From: Methanobacteriota archaeon
GTDB taxonomy: Archaea; Altiarchaeota; Altiarchaeia; IMC4; SCGC-AAA252-I15
Reading direction: 5' to 3'
NCBI GenBank assembly: GCA_043823295.1
Contig: JBDRAY010000057.1
Coordinates: 1-49,208 of the forward strand
Length of the DNA: 49,208 nucleotides
This document shows positions 1 to 7,816 of this stretch, piece by piece. Each line of letters opens with the position of its first letter. The stretch's first letter is position 1. A program made the position numbers and the translations under genes. The notes beneath the pieces are model-generated. The model worked only from the letters and a program-made list of their open reading frames with translations. It did no database searches and had not been told where the DNA came from.

Positions 1-21
1 GTTCAAATCCCATCGGGCCCA
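1..21 (+). tRNA. 3' end of a tRNA gene cut by the window edge; isotype not determinable
   Basis: The window opens with G-TTCAAAT-CCCAT-CGGGCCC-A. That is a canonical T-loop, the 3' strand of the T-stem, a 7-nt 3' acceptor strand and the discriminator. It is followed by the T-rich tract CCTTTTTCTTTCTTT. The anticodon region lies outside the window. Confidence 0.6.
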
Positions 22-38
22 ACGCAACCTTTTTCTTT
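2..38. repeat. att-like direct repeat, copy 1 (tRNA T-loop to discriminator plus 17 nt of trailer)
   Basis: TTCAAATCCCATCGGGCCCAACGCAACCTTTTTCTTT is identical to 334-370. Confidence 0.85.
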
Positions 39-333
39 CTTTAGAAAAGAAAGAAAGGTGGTTCATACCCAAAGAAAGAAATAACGGATATTATTTGTAT
101 AAGTCAAGTGAATGGGTTAGTATATCTATTTCTATTAATTGGCCTTAGGTCTAAAAGGGAAATCGGGTCTTTTTTTAAGAAGAATGATTGGGCTAAGTGG
201 CTCGTAATAATTCTAGTTCTCAATGGCACAATCAGATTCAATTGTTAAGTGTCATCGAGCATTAGCGAAGATGACACCCCTTCTTTCTTTTTCGTGAACG
301 TTTTTCTTTCTTCGGGAAGAAAGAAGAAGGTTC

Positions 334-370
334 TTCAAATCCCATCGGGCCCAACGCAACCTTTTTCTTT
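334..370. repeat. att-like direct repeat, copy 2 (partial tRNA duplicate, not a gene)
   Basis: Exact 37-nt copy of 2-38. The 5 nt upstream of the T-loop (GGTTC) cannot pair with CCCAT, so no T-arm can form. It is preceded by the hairpin TTCTTTCTTC-GG-GAAGAAAGAA at 304-325. Confidence 0.85.
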
Positions 371-424
371 TCTCTCTCTTTTCCTTTATTAGCTTGTAAA
401 CTAATAGTTCTGAAAGCAGTTATT

Positions 425-832
425 ATGAAAAGGGATTCAAGTTTTGGAATTCAAGAGCCGCTCACTTTGAGGGGTCACTATAATTTGATGAAAAAATCTT
501 TTGGATTCGCGCTTCAAGGTGAAGCCCGCAATCTCTCTAAATCAGAGATTGATGCAGTCTATGAATGGAGGATTGCAAACTTACTCATAAACGATAATTT
601 CAAACCGGAATCCTCATTCACGTTTGATGAGTATGAGGCATTCGTGAACTCGTGTGGTAAGCGTAAAGGCCTTTCAGAAATCAATTTGAAAAGAGTAAAC
701 GGCGGAATCAAGAAACTTCACGCAGACATACTTTCCGAGTCAAACGACATGTGGAGGTCCACAGAAGAAAGGCGGCGACACGACGAAGCACTAGAAAGAT
801 TAAATAATTACCTCTCAGTCCATAAAGTTTAA
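425..832 (+). CDS. hypothetical protein (135 aa), no recognisable motif
   Basis: ORF with an ATG start. It ends 5 nt before the next ORF on the same strand. It lies between the tRNA scar and lemA. Confidence 0.45.
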   Translation: MKRDSSFGIQEPLTLRGHYNLMKKSFGFALQGEARNLSKSEIDAVYEWRIANLLINDNFKPESSFTFDEYEAFVNSCGKRKGLSEINLKRVNGGIKKLHADILSESNDMWRSTEERRRHDEALERLNNYLSVHKV

Positions 833-837
833 TTATC

Positions 838-1437
838 ATGAGTCCGGTTATCGCTCCGCCTCTAGACTTAGGTGGTGGCGAACCAACCTTTGTGGTGCCC
901 GATGAAGAAGTAGAGACTTTTATCTTAGATGCGGAAACAGGGGCGCGGGTGCTGGCGAAAATCAGGCGTGCAGATATTGATGACGGAATCCAGCTTCTTG
1001 AAAGCGGACCAAGCTACAAGGTTGACCCTCAAGGTAACTATGAAGTGTACGTCCTTACGACCGAACGAGATGCCGGGGAGCGGATTGAAGGGGCATTGTG
1101 TATTACTCCAAGCAGGTATCATGGCGCTAAATCATTGTCTGTAGAGGGGGTTGACGCGGCGCCTTGGAACATGTATGACACAGAAGGTAGGGAGTATTAG
1201 TCAGTGGGTTCCCGCCTGCTTGAATGTGTGGTTGACGTGAGTCGGGAAGTTGGGTGTGAAGGAAGACTTCATCTCCAACCTAGAGATATTGCATCTGGTT
1301 TATTTTATAACAATTTGAAGTTTGGAGATGAAGGGCTTAAGAAGGGTAGGGATGGATTCTATTATCTGCCGAAAGCCTTAGCCTCAAAGTTTCAAGAGCA
1401 CTTAAGAGATATGATATTAATGAAGGAGAATCTTTGA
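838..1437 (+). pseudogene. GNAT-type N-acetyltransferase-like gene interrupted by one in-frame TAG (1198-1200)
   Basis: ORFs 838-1200 and 1204-1437 are in the same frame, separated only by TAG plus one codon. The junction reads AAPWNMYDTEGREY*SVGSRLLECVVDVSREVGCEGRLHLQP...FYNNLKF. This resembles the acetyl-CoA motif A region of GNAT enzymes (x-Y-K-G-V-G-S-x-L-L ... G-x-E-G-R-h-x-L ... FY..hGF), with the stop sitting inside the motif. Confidence 0.5.
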
Positions 1438-1493
1438 AAAACAAAGATTTATATGCCGCTTACAAATCAATTACAATTTGTGAGGTGATGTGA

Positions 1494-2042
1494 ATGATTG
1501 AACTAATTGTTTTGGCAGTAGCAGTCATTGGGGTTTTAATGCTCGTAGGAATATACAACGGGCTTATCCGGCTACGCAATGAGGTGAAAAATAGTTTCGC
1601 GCAAATCGACGTGCAACTTAAGCGGAGAAACGACCTCATACCCAACTTGATAGAGACTGTCAAAGGTTATGCGAAACACGAGAAAAGCGTCTTCGAGGAA
1701 GTGACGAAGGCGCGGGCTGCAGTTATGAACGCGAAGACTGTGGGAGACAAAGCAAAGGCGTCGAACATGCTCTCAGACACGCTAAAAAGCCTTTTCGCGG
1801 TAAGCGAGAATTATCCTGACCTTAAGGCAAACCAGAATTTCCTGCAACTGCAGGAGGAGTTGACGGGCACTGAGAACAAGATCGCGTACTCCCGCCAGCA
1901 TTATAACGATATAGTAACTGAGTTCAACAATAGGATTCAGGTTTTCCCCAACAACATGCTTGCAGGACCTTTAGGTTTTAAGAGTGAGATACTTTTTGAT
2001 ACGCCAGCTGCCGAGAGAGAGGTTCCGAAAGTACAATTTTAG
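1494..2042 (+). CDS. lemA: LemA family membrane protein
   Basis: N-terminal TM helix followed by [32 protein letters not shown] and [23 protein letters not shown], which are typical LemA blocks. GAGGTGATG lies upstream of the ATG. The stop is 2 nt before htpX. Confidence 0.85.
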   Translation: MIELIVLAVAVIGVLMLVGIYNGLIRLRNEVKNSFAQIDVQLKRRNDLIPNLIETVKGYAKHEKSVFEEVTKARAAVMNAKTVGDKAKASNMLSDTLKSLFAVSENYPDLKANQNFLQLQEELTGTENKIAYSRQHYNDIVTEFNNRIQVFPNNMLAGPLGFKSEILFDTPAAEREVPKVQF

Positions 2043-2044
2043 AA

Positions 2045-2947
2045 ATGCAGACGATGTTCGAGCAGGTCCGCGGCAACAAACGCCGCAGCATCCTGCTCAT
2101 GGGATTGTTCGTTATAATCTTGGGTGTATTGGGCGCAGTGCTCGGTCTTGTATGGGGTAACGTGAACGTCGGCTTGACCGTCGCCGTCGTCATCTCGATA
2201 CTCTACTCCGTCTTCGCCTACTACAGCGGCGACAAGATGATACTTACCATGACGGGCGCCCGCGCCGTCACCAAAGACGAGTACCCATACCTGTATCACA
2301 CCATTGAAGGGCTGGCGCTCGCCGCGAGCGTGCCCACCCCCAAGGCGTACGTGATAGACGACAGCGCGCTCAACGCGTTCGCGACGGGCCGGGACCCAGA
2401 GCACGCTGCGGTAACGGTGACTACCGGCCTTCTTAAGACCATGAACAGACAAGAACTTGAGGGCGTTATCGCCCACGAGATGAGCCACGTGAAAAACTTG
2501 GACATCCGCTTTATGATGCTCACGACAGTCATGGTCGGCCTTACCACACTTCTCTCAGACTTCATCCTACGCAGCATGTGGTACGGGCGCGGAGGCCGAC
2601 GCAACCGCGATGGGGGAGGAGGCGCCCAGACTGCGATTCTTATCGTCGGCATCGTCTTTGCCATGCTCGCACCACTTGTCGGCCAGCTCATAAAACTTGC
2701 GATAAGTAGGCAGCGGGAATTTCTCGCGGACGCAAACGCCGCGGTCTTGACGCGCTATCCGCCGGGGCTTGCAAGCGCCCTCGAAAAAATCAAAAAAGAC
2801 CCGGACCCCCTCGTCGACAAGGCCAACAAGGCGGCGGCACACCTTTTCATCTCAACGCCATTCAGAAACACGAAAGGTTTTGTGGCGGGCATGTTCAGCA
2901 CACACCCACCCATCGACGAGCGTATTAAAAAACTCCAAGAGATGTGA
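2045..2947 (+). CDS. htpX: HtpX-like M48 zinc metalloprotease
   Basis: HEMSHV zinc motif, multiple TM segments, and a C-terminal STHPPIDERI block typical of HtpX. Co-oriented with and adjacent to lemA. Confidence 0.9.
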   Translation: MQTMFEQVRGNKRRSILLMGLFVIILGVLGAVLGLVWGNVNVGLTVAVVISILYSVFAYYSGDKMILTMTGARAVTKDEYPYLYHTIEGLALAASVPTPKAYVIDDSALNAFATGRDPEHAAVTVTTGLLKTMNRQELEGVIAHEMSHVKNLDIRFMMLTTVMVGLTTLLSDFILRSMWYGRGGRRNRDGGGGAQTAILIVGIVFAMLAPLVGQLIKLAISRQREFLADANAAVLTRYPPGLASALEKIKKDPDPLVDKANKAAAHLFISTPFRNTKGFVAGMFSTHPPIDERIKKLQEM

Positions 2948-3071
2948 AGAATAGGACAGACGAATTCAGAGTTTGCCCGACATGCAGTAGCGCCTACGAC
3001 CTCGGAATCATCGAAGATAAGCTGAAAGGGGTAAAGCCCATCAAAGTCGCTCAGTACAAGGGACACATTCC

Positions 3072-3479
3072 CTAGAGGGCGGGGCACTGTTTTATTTTCC
3101 GGTCGCTTACCCCCTTGTCGACTTGCTTTAACGGGAAGTTCCTGCAAGCTTGAGGGCGGATGGAATAAATTTTACAATTATTTTTCACACCTTCTCCTAA
3201 TTTGAGGAACGGACACTGTGCAAGGCGGGAATCCGATTCCGAGTCGTACCAGCCGGCTGCTCCAAGGATTATGTCACCTCCCGCCGGTTCTCTCTCATAG
3301 TATTCGGCTGCGGTAATGAAAAAAATACTTCCCTTCTTTTGAACGCCCAGAAGGACGTTCTCAAGGATGTCTGACCTATCTTTCGAAACCCACAAGTCCA
3401 AGTCTTTTTCAACGAACTGGATTTTAATGCCAGTACAGCAGTTGCCGCAGCGCGTACAAGAAAAATCTTTGGAAGCCAT
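3072..3479 (-). CDS. CxxCxxCC metal-binding protein (YkgJ/UPF0153 family)
   Basis: N-terminal CTRCGNCC, then later CPFL...C and CRNFP cysteines, as in the putative zinc- or iron-chelating domain family. It starts 3 nt after the stop of the upstream gene. Confidence 0.7.
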   Translation of the reverse strand: MASKDFSCTRCGNCCTGIKIQFVEKDLDLWVSKDRSDILENVLLGVQKKGSIFFITAAEYYEREPAGGDIILGAAGWYDSESDSRLAQCPFLKLGEGVKNNCKIYSIRPQACRNFPLKQVDKGVSDRKIKQCPAL

Positions 3480-3482
3480 CGC

Positions 3483-4211
3483 TTAAGCTCCCGGAGTCTC
3501 CACACGGATGTGGTTTAAATTATTCTGCTCTAGAAGATGCGTGATTTGGCCGTAAGCCTCCTGGACTTCAGGGCTTTTCAGGACCAGCCTGCGGGCGTAG
3601 TCGAGGTCTATGTCGCCGGAAGCGACTGCGCGCAGACGGTGAACGCGCACTAAATTTTCCTGGGGGACTTCGAGTGCTAAATACGCCATCACCCAGTCAT
3701 CGCCAATACAATCATCCTCACGATATTTCACACCCACGCAATGTTTTTTGAAAAGCTCCTCCCTCCCTATCTCGGTAATTAATGTCGCATCCCGTATACG
3801 CGGCTCCCACTCACCCCATTCATCCAGAACACGACGGGTTACACTGCTTCCTTCCTGACGTAAACGACCCATATTAGCATTCACATAATCTGGGATATTA
3901 ATCATTTGAAATGGGGGTTTCTTGAATTCACCACTCCCCCCCTCACGCAGCATGTCCGAGGCGATATCGCATAAAAGCTCGTCATAGGGGCTGGGGCTGC
4001 CGATACCGTCCTCTCCCAAAGCCTCTTCTAGTTCGCCAACGACTTCAGGGTCCATCCTGCTTCGCCTAGGCTGCTTTATAACACGGTCCGCGATTATGCG
4101 TTTGACTCCTGCCACCCCCCCGTAGAGCCCACCCTTATAAATCGGATAGAATACTCGAACAACCTCAGGGGTTTCGTCGCCGGGAGGACCCACACGAAGC
4201 CTTTGAACCAT
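3483..4211 (-). CDS. hypothetical protein (242 aa), middle gene of the nucleotidyltransferase operon
   Basis: Long ORF tightly packed between 4218-5216 and 3072-3479. I recognise no motif. Confidence 0.6.
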   Translation of the reverse strand: MVQRLRVGPPGDETPEVVRVFYPIYKGGLYGGVAGVKRIIADRVIKQPRRSRMDPEVVGELEEALGEDGIGSPSPYDELLCDIASDMLREGGSGEFKKPPFQMINIPDYVNANMGRLRQEGSSVTRRVLDEWGEWEPRIRDATLITEIGREELFKKHCVGVKYREDDCIGDDWVMAYLALEVPQENLVRVHRLRAVASGDIDLDYARRLVLKSPEVQEAYGQITHLLEQNNLNHIRVETPGA

Positions 4212-4217
4212 AAAATA

Positions 4218-5216
4218 CTATTTGGAAGTGAATAATTTAATATACTCCCCCTCAGCCTCACGAGTAGATCCCACAAGAATCCGGTAATGGACTCCCCGAC
4301 TCGATGAAACCTCCTCCAGCATCCCAGAAACCTTTGCCTTTTCACCCAAAAAAACTTGCCCAGAGTAAGTGTGCGTGTAGGAGGCAAGCTCGGAAACTTT
4401 GAAGGAGCGTCCGCCTAGGCTGCATGTTCCCGAAACTTTGTAGACTGCGGGATAGTCGAAGGCGAGAGTATCATCAGTTACTTCCGCTTCAAGTTCTACT
4501 AAACCGATTTTTTTATACTTCAAGTCACCCCACCCCGATGAAATCTCACTCCAATCTTGAGTATAAAGTATGTCAAACTTCACACCCTCGAAAAGTCCAG
4601 ACGTGTGCTTCCGCTTCTCGTGGAATGCGAACTCGGAAAAAGAAAGCTCTTTAGTAAGCGGGAACCTTTTTGAATAGGCGGTGTTGATTGTCGCGTCGTC
4701 GAGCCCCTTAAGGGGCGGCTCGCATTCGGCCACGACTTTCCTCACCTTCTCAAAATTGTCGCGTCCGTAGACTACAAGATCAATATCCGAGGCGGAAGTG
4801 TGAGCTTCCACGAGAACTGAGCCAGTCACCCCAAATTTTTCTAGGGACACTTTCGAATACTTGCTTAGAAGGTTTGCAAGCCTGATGATTCTGTCTTCAT
4901 GATCAGATAAATCTTGGGCTGAATTCAGTCCGGTGAGGAATTCATTAGGATGAATGATTTTTCCGACATCTGTGAGTGGAACTCCCTGAAGCAGTGTGTC
5001 AAGTTCTTTAGAATAAAAAAGATAGTTTGGGTGATTTTCCCTCAAGAAAGTATAGGAGTCATCTGTTGACTTGATTTTAGCCAGACCGCTTTTTCCGGGG
5101 ATGTAGCGGAGGAATGCTATTACTCGGTCTTTTGGATGATTGTAGGATGTTACCGCAAATACGAGACCTTCTTTTGAAACCACGAAATCCCTCACTCGAG
5201 GGAGAGTCGTATTCAT
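4218..5216 (-). CDS. pol-beta superfamily nucleotidyltransferase with extra N- and C-terminal domains
   Basis: VTGSVLVEAHTSASDIDLVVYG matches the G-S...D-x-D minimal nucleotidyltransferase signature. About 130 aa lie upstream of the motif. The C-terminal part is beta-rich and looks OB-fold-like (my inference). Confidence 0.65.
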   Translation of the reverse strand: MNTTLPRVRDFVVSKEGLVFAVTSYNHPKDRVIAFLRYIPGKSGLAKIKSTDDSYTFLRENHPNYLFYSKELDTLLQGVPLTDVGKIIHPNEFLTGLNSAQDLSDHEDRIIRLANLLSKYSKVSLEKFGVTGSVLVEAHTSASDIDLVVYGRDNFEKVRKVVAECEPPLKGLDDATINTAYSKRFPLTKELSFSEFAFHEKRKHTSGLFEGVKFDILYTQDWSEISSGWGDLKYKKIGLVELEAEVTDDTLAFDYPAVYKVSGTCSLGGRSFKVSELASYTHTYSGQVFLGEKAKVSGMLEEVSSSRGVHYRILVGSTREAEGEYIKLFTSK

Positions 5217-5247
5217 AAAGAAAGTATACTATTTTTTAAACAATAAA

Positions 5248-6204
5248 ATGCATTTCGGATTCATCCCAAAAGACGAGGACGATGAGGAATTATTTTCCAA
5301 ATCTTTTAAGAAAAAGAAAGTTAAGTTCACCTTACTTGATGAATCTTCACAATGGATTAATTCAGGCAAAACAGTTGAAACCGGTTTTTTTAAGCGAGAA
5401 CAATCCTTTAAAAAATTTATGAAAAAAGACTTTGCAAGGCTTAAGAAGGAATCGAGACGGGGAGATATCCCAGTTTCTGATTTGGATTTGATTTTCATGA
5501 GAAAACTCGACCACACATACAGTGGAAGCGACACCGAGCAAAGTGAGTTCACTCTCGACTTCCTAGAGCTAATTGAAAAAGACTTGCCCGTGGTAAACCC
5601 GGTCGCAGGGATTAGAAACGCCTGTAGGAAGCATATGACAAATTACTTGCTTGCCCGGCAAGGGCTTCCAACACCAGCGTCCTTTGCCGCGAATGATCCC
5701 GTACGGGCATTCTTCGAGTTAGATAGGATTGGATTCCCCCAGTACATCAAGCCCGTTGAGGGTGGTGGAGGGTCGGGAGTGTTTTATGTGAAAGACTGGG
5801 AGACTGCGGGGGATTTAACGTCAGTTTACGGGTTATTTGAAAAACCCTTAATCCTTCAGGAGGTTGCGGGGGGCGGGCGGGAAGACATTCGCGTTGTGGT
5901 GGTGGGCGAGCATGTGATTGGCGCCATCAAAAGGCGCACGCCAAAAGGAATGCACAAGAGCAACGTAACAGTCGGCGGCAAACCATCTAAGATGAGGGTG
6001 GATGACGAGTTGGGAGAGCTTGCACTCAAGGCGACAAAAGCGGTGGGGTGTAAGATTTCTGGCGTCGACATTGTAAAAGACAAGCAAGGATACAAGATAC
6101 TTGAAGTGAATGCGAGCCCAGGATTCACGGGATTCAAGAAGGCGACAAGGATTCCAGTTGAACACAAGATAGTAGACTACTTGATTTCCGAAGCCAGAAG
6201 TTAA
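5248..6204 (+). CDS. RimK-type ATP-grasp alpha-L-glutamate ligase family protein
   Basis: YIKPVEGGGGSGV, EDIRVVVVGEHVIGAIKRR and SGVDIVKDKQGYKILEVNASPGF are typical of RimK/MptN/CofF/LysX ATP-grasp enzymes. The substrate cannot be assigned from sequence. Confidence 0.8.
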   Translation: MHFGFIPKDEDDEELFSKSFKKKKVKFTLLDESSQWINSGKTVETGFFKREQSFKKFMKKDFARLKKESRRGDIPVSDLDLIFMRKLDHTYSGSDTEQSEFTLDFLELIEKDLPVVNPVAGIRNACRKHMTNYLLARQGLPTPASFAANDPVRAFFELDRIGFPQYIKPVEGGGGSGVFYVKDWETAGDLTSVYGLFEKPLILQEVAGGGREDIRVVVVGEHVIGAIKRRTPKGMHKSNVTVGGKPSKMRVDDELGELALKATKAVGCKISGVDIVKDKQGYKILEVNASPGFTGFKKATRIPVEHKIVDYLISEARS

Positions 6205-6209
6205 AAACC

Positions 6210-6845
6210 TTATTCTTCCAAGGCTTCGTCTGCGATATGCTTAACACTCTCATCAGGGTCAGTCATTGAGATTACTCGCAACTTATCTTCCACTCCCGCC
6301 TGCTCTAAGTGGTTGTGCAATGCCCATGCGACCGTACCCCGCACAAAAGGGGCGACTTCGCTTTGTTGACGTAGATGGTGATCGTATGTAGTGGTGAGGA
6401 ATGGTACAACCTCTCTATCCCCTATTAAATCAAGGTCTAAGGCCCCAAGAAGCGGTTTGAAAAACCCGGAAGAACGCACATCCACAACTGCTTGTTCTAA
6501 GGTTGGTTCCTCTCCACCCAACCTTTTCACAGCCCATTCCGCGAATTTCCTGACTCCGACTTCGTTTTCGGCTGAAGCGTATTGACCGAGCCCGTCCACT
6601 GCGGACTTATCCCCAATTTTAACGAGAGACCATATTAGGTCTGCCGCGGCCATAAAACCTTGAGAGGAATTCTCGTTGATTGAGGATTTAATCTTTCCGA
6701 ATATCCCTGGAATCGCGGAAGGCCCAAGAGCTGTAATATGATCCACTGCGCGAGCTGCAACACCCCTATCAGGATCTTTTAGTTGCCCGCAGAAACTTTC
6801 AAGAGATTCTTCAATAGGTGATGGTTCTCCCGCCTGTTTGTACAT
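6210..6845 (-). CDS. HEAT-repeat (PBS-lyase-like) protein
   Basis: Repeated helical units with DPDxxV(R/K)xxAxxAL-type signatures (DPDRGVAARAVDHITALG, DPDESVKHIADEALEE). Confidence 0.6.
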   Translation of the reverse strand: MYKQAGEPSPIEESLESFCGQLKDPDRGVAARAVDHITALGPSAIPGIFGKIKSSINENSSQGFMAAADLIWSLVKIGDKSAVDGLGQYASAENEVGVRKFAEWAVKRLGGEEPTLEQAVVDVRSSGFFKPLLGALDLDLIGDREVVPFLTTTYDHHLRQQSEVAPFVRGTVAWALHNHLEQAGVEDKLRVISMTDPDESVKHIADEALEE

Positions 6846-6900
6846 AAGTAACTATACGCAATACACGAATTTTAATTTAAACTACTCACATAATATTTAG

Positions 6901-7812
6901 ATGAGTCTTCTTTCGACAGAACTCGCAGGGATAAAACTGGCTAATCCGACGATTCTAGCTTCAGGCTTTCTAGGGACTTCAATTGGTATGCTTGCGCGCG
7001 TCGAGAAAGGTGGGGCGGGGGCAGTCACTATCAAGTCGATTACGAAAGAGCCTCGCGCCGGACACAATAATCCTATCGTCGTGGAAGTGCGCGGAGGACT
7101 CTTGAATGCTGTAGGATATTCGAACATGGGTCTTGAGGCGGCAAAAGAGGAATTTACGGGAGTTGGGAAACTGAAAGTCCCTGCGATTGCAAGCGTCGTC
7201 GCCGACGACGCGAGCGGCTTCGCACATCTTGCCAGGGAGCTGAGCAAGCTGCCGTTCTCTGCTGTTGAAGTCGTCTTATCCTGCCCTCACACACCGGGTT
7301 TGGGGCTTCTCGCAGGCCACGGGACACCGGAGGCGACGGAGGAGATTACGCAGGAAGTGGTTAAGGCGACGAAGCTGCCTGTCATCGTCAAGCTTTCCCC
7401 GAACACGCAGGCTCTGGGGGAAGTTGCAAAAGCTGCTGAGAAAGGCGGGGCAGCCTCAATCAACATGGGCAACACGCTCGGACCGGGCATGGTCATAAAC
7501 CTTGAGGCTGAAAAGCCGGTGCTCGATTATAAGGTGGGTGGTATGAGCGGGCCGGCTGTAAAGCCTATTGGAGTCCGCTGCGTGTGGGATGTGTACGAGT
7601 CCGTGAAAATTCCGATCATCGGGACGGGGGGCGTAACCGACGGTAGGGATGCAGTAGAATACTTTATGGCCGGCGCCGGCGCAGTCTCCGTCGGCACCGC
7701 CTTAATGTACCGTAGGGAAGACGCCTTCAAAAAAATCTGCGAAGAAATCGAACTCTTCATGAAGGAGAACGGATTCAAGAAAATCAAAGATCTGGTAGGA
7801 ATCGCGCATTAA
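6901..7812 (+). CDS. pyrD: dihydroorotate dehydrogenase, catalytic subunit (class 1B)
   Basis: LSTELAGIKLANPTILASG, NAVGYSNMG, SCPHTPG, GGMSGPAVKPIGVRCV and IIGTGGV are typical PyrD blocks. pyrK and pyrC lie downstream. Confidence 0.9.
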   Translation: MSLLSTELAGIKLANPTILASGFLGTSIGMLARVEKGGAGAVTIKSITKEPRAGHNNPIVVEVRGGLLNAVGYSNMGLEAAKEEFTGVGKLKVPAIASVVADDASGFAHLARELSKLPFSAVEVVLSCPHTPGLGLLAGHGTPEATEEITQEVVKATKLPVIVKLSPNTQALGEVAKAAEKGGAASINMGNTLGPGMVINLEAEKPVLDYKVGGMSGPAVKPIGVRCVWDVYESVKIPIIGTGGVTDGRDAVEYFMAGAGAVSVGTALMYRREDAFKKICEEIELFMKENGFKKIKDLVGIAH

Positions 7813-7816
7813 AATT

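Noticed and set aside
2039-2691. Minus-strand ORFs of 149 and 131 aa inside htpX
   Set aside because: They are antisense to a gene with an unambiguous HEMSH zinc-protease motif. They have no motifs and an Arg/Ala-rich shadow composition.
2944-3075. Possible 43-aa GTG-initiated small ORF (VKNRTDEFRVCPTCSSAYD...) in the convergent gap after htpX
   Set aside because: It has only one CxxC pair and no second pair to make a zinc ribbon. It has a weak start, no ribosome-binding signal, and overlaps the stop of the minus-strand gene. The evidence is insufficient.
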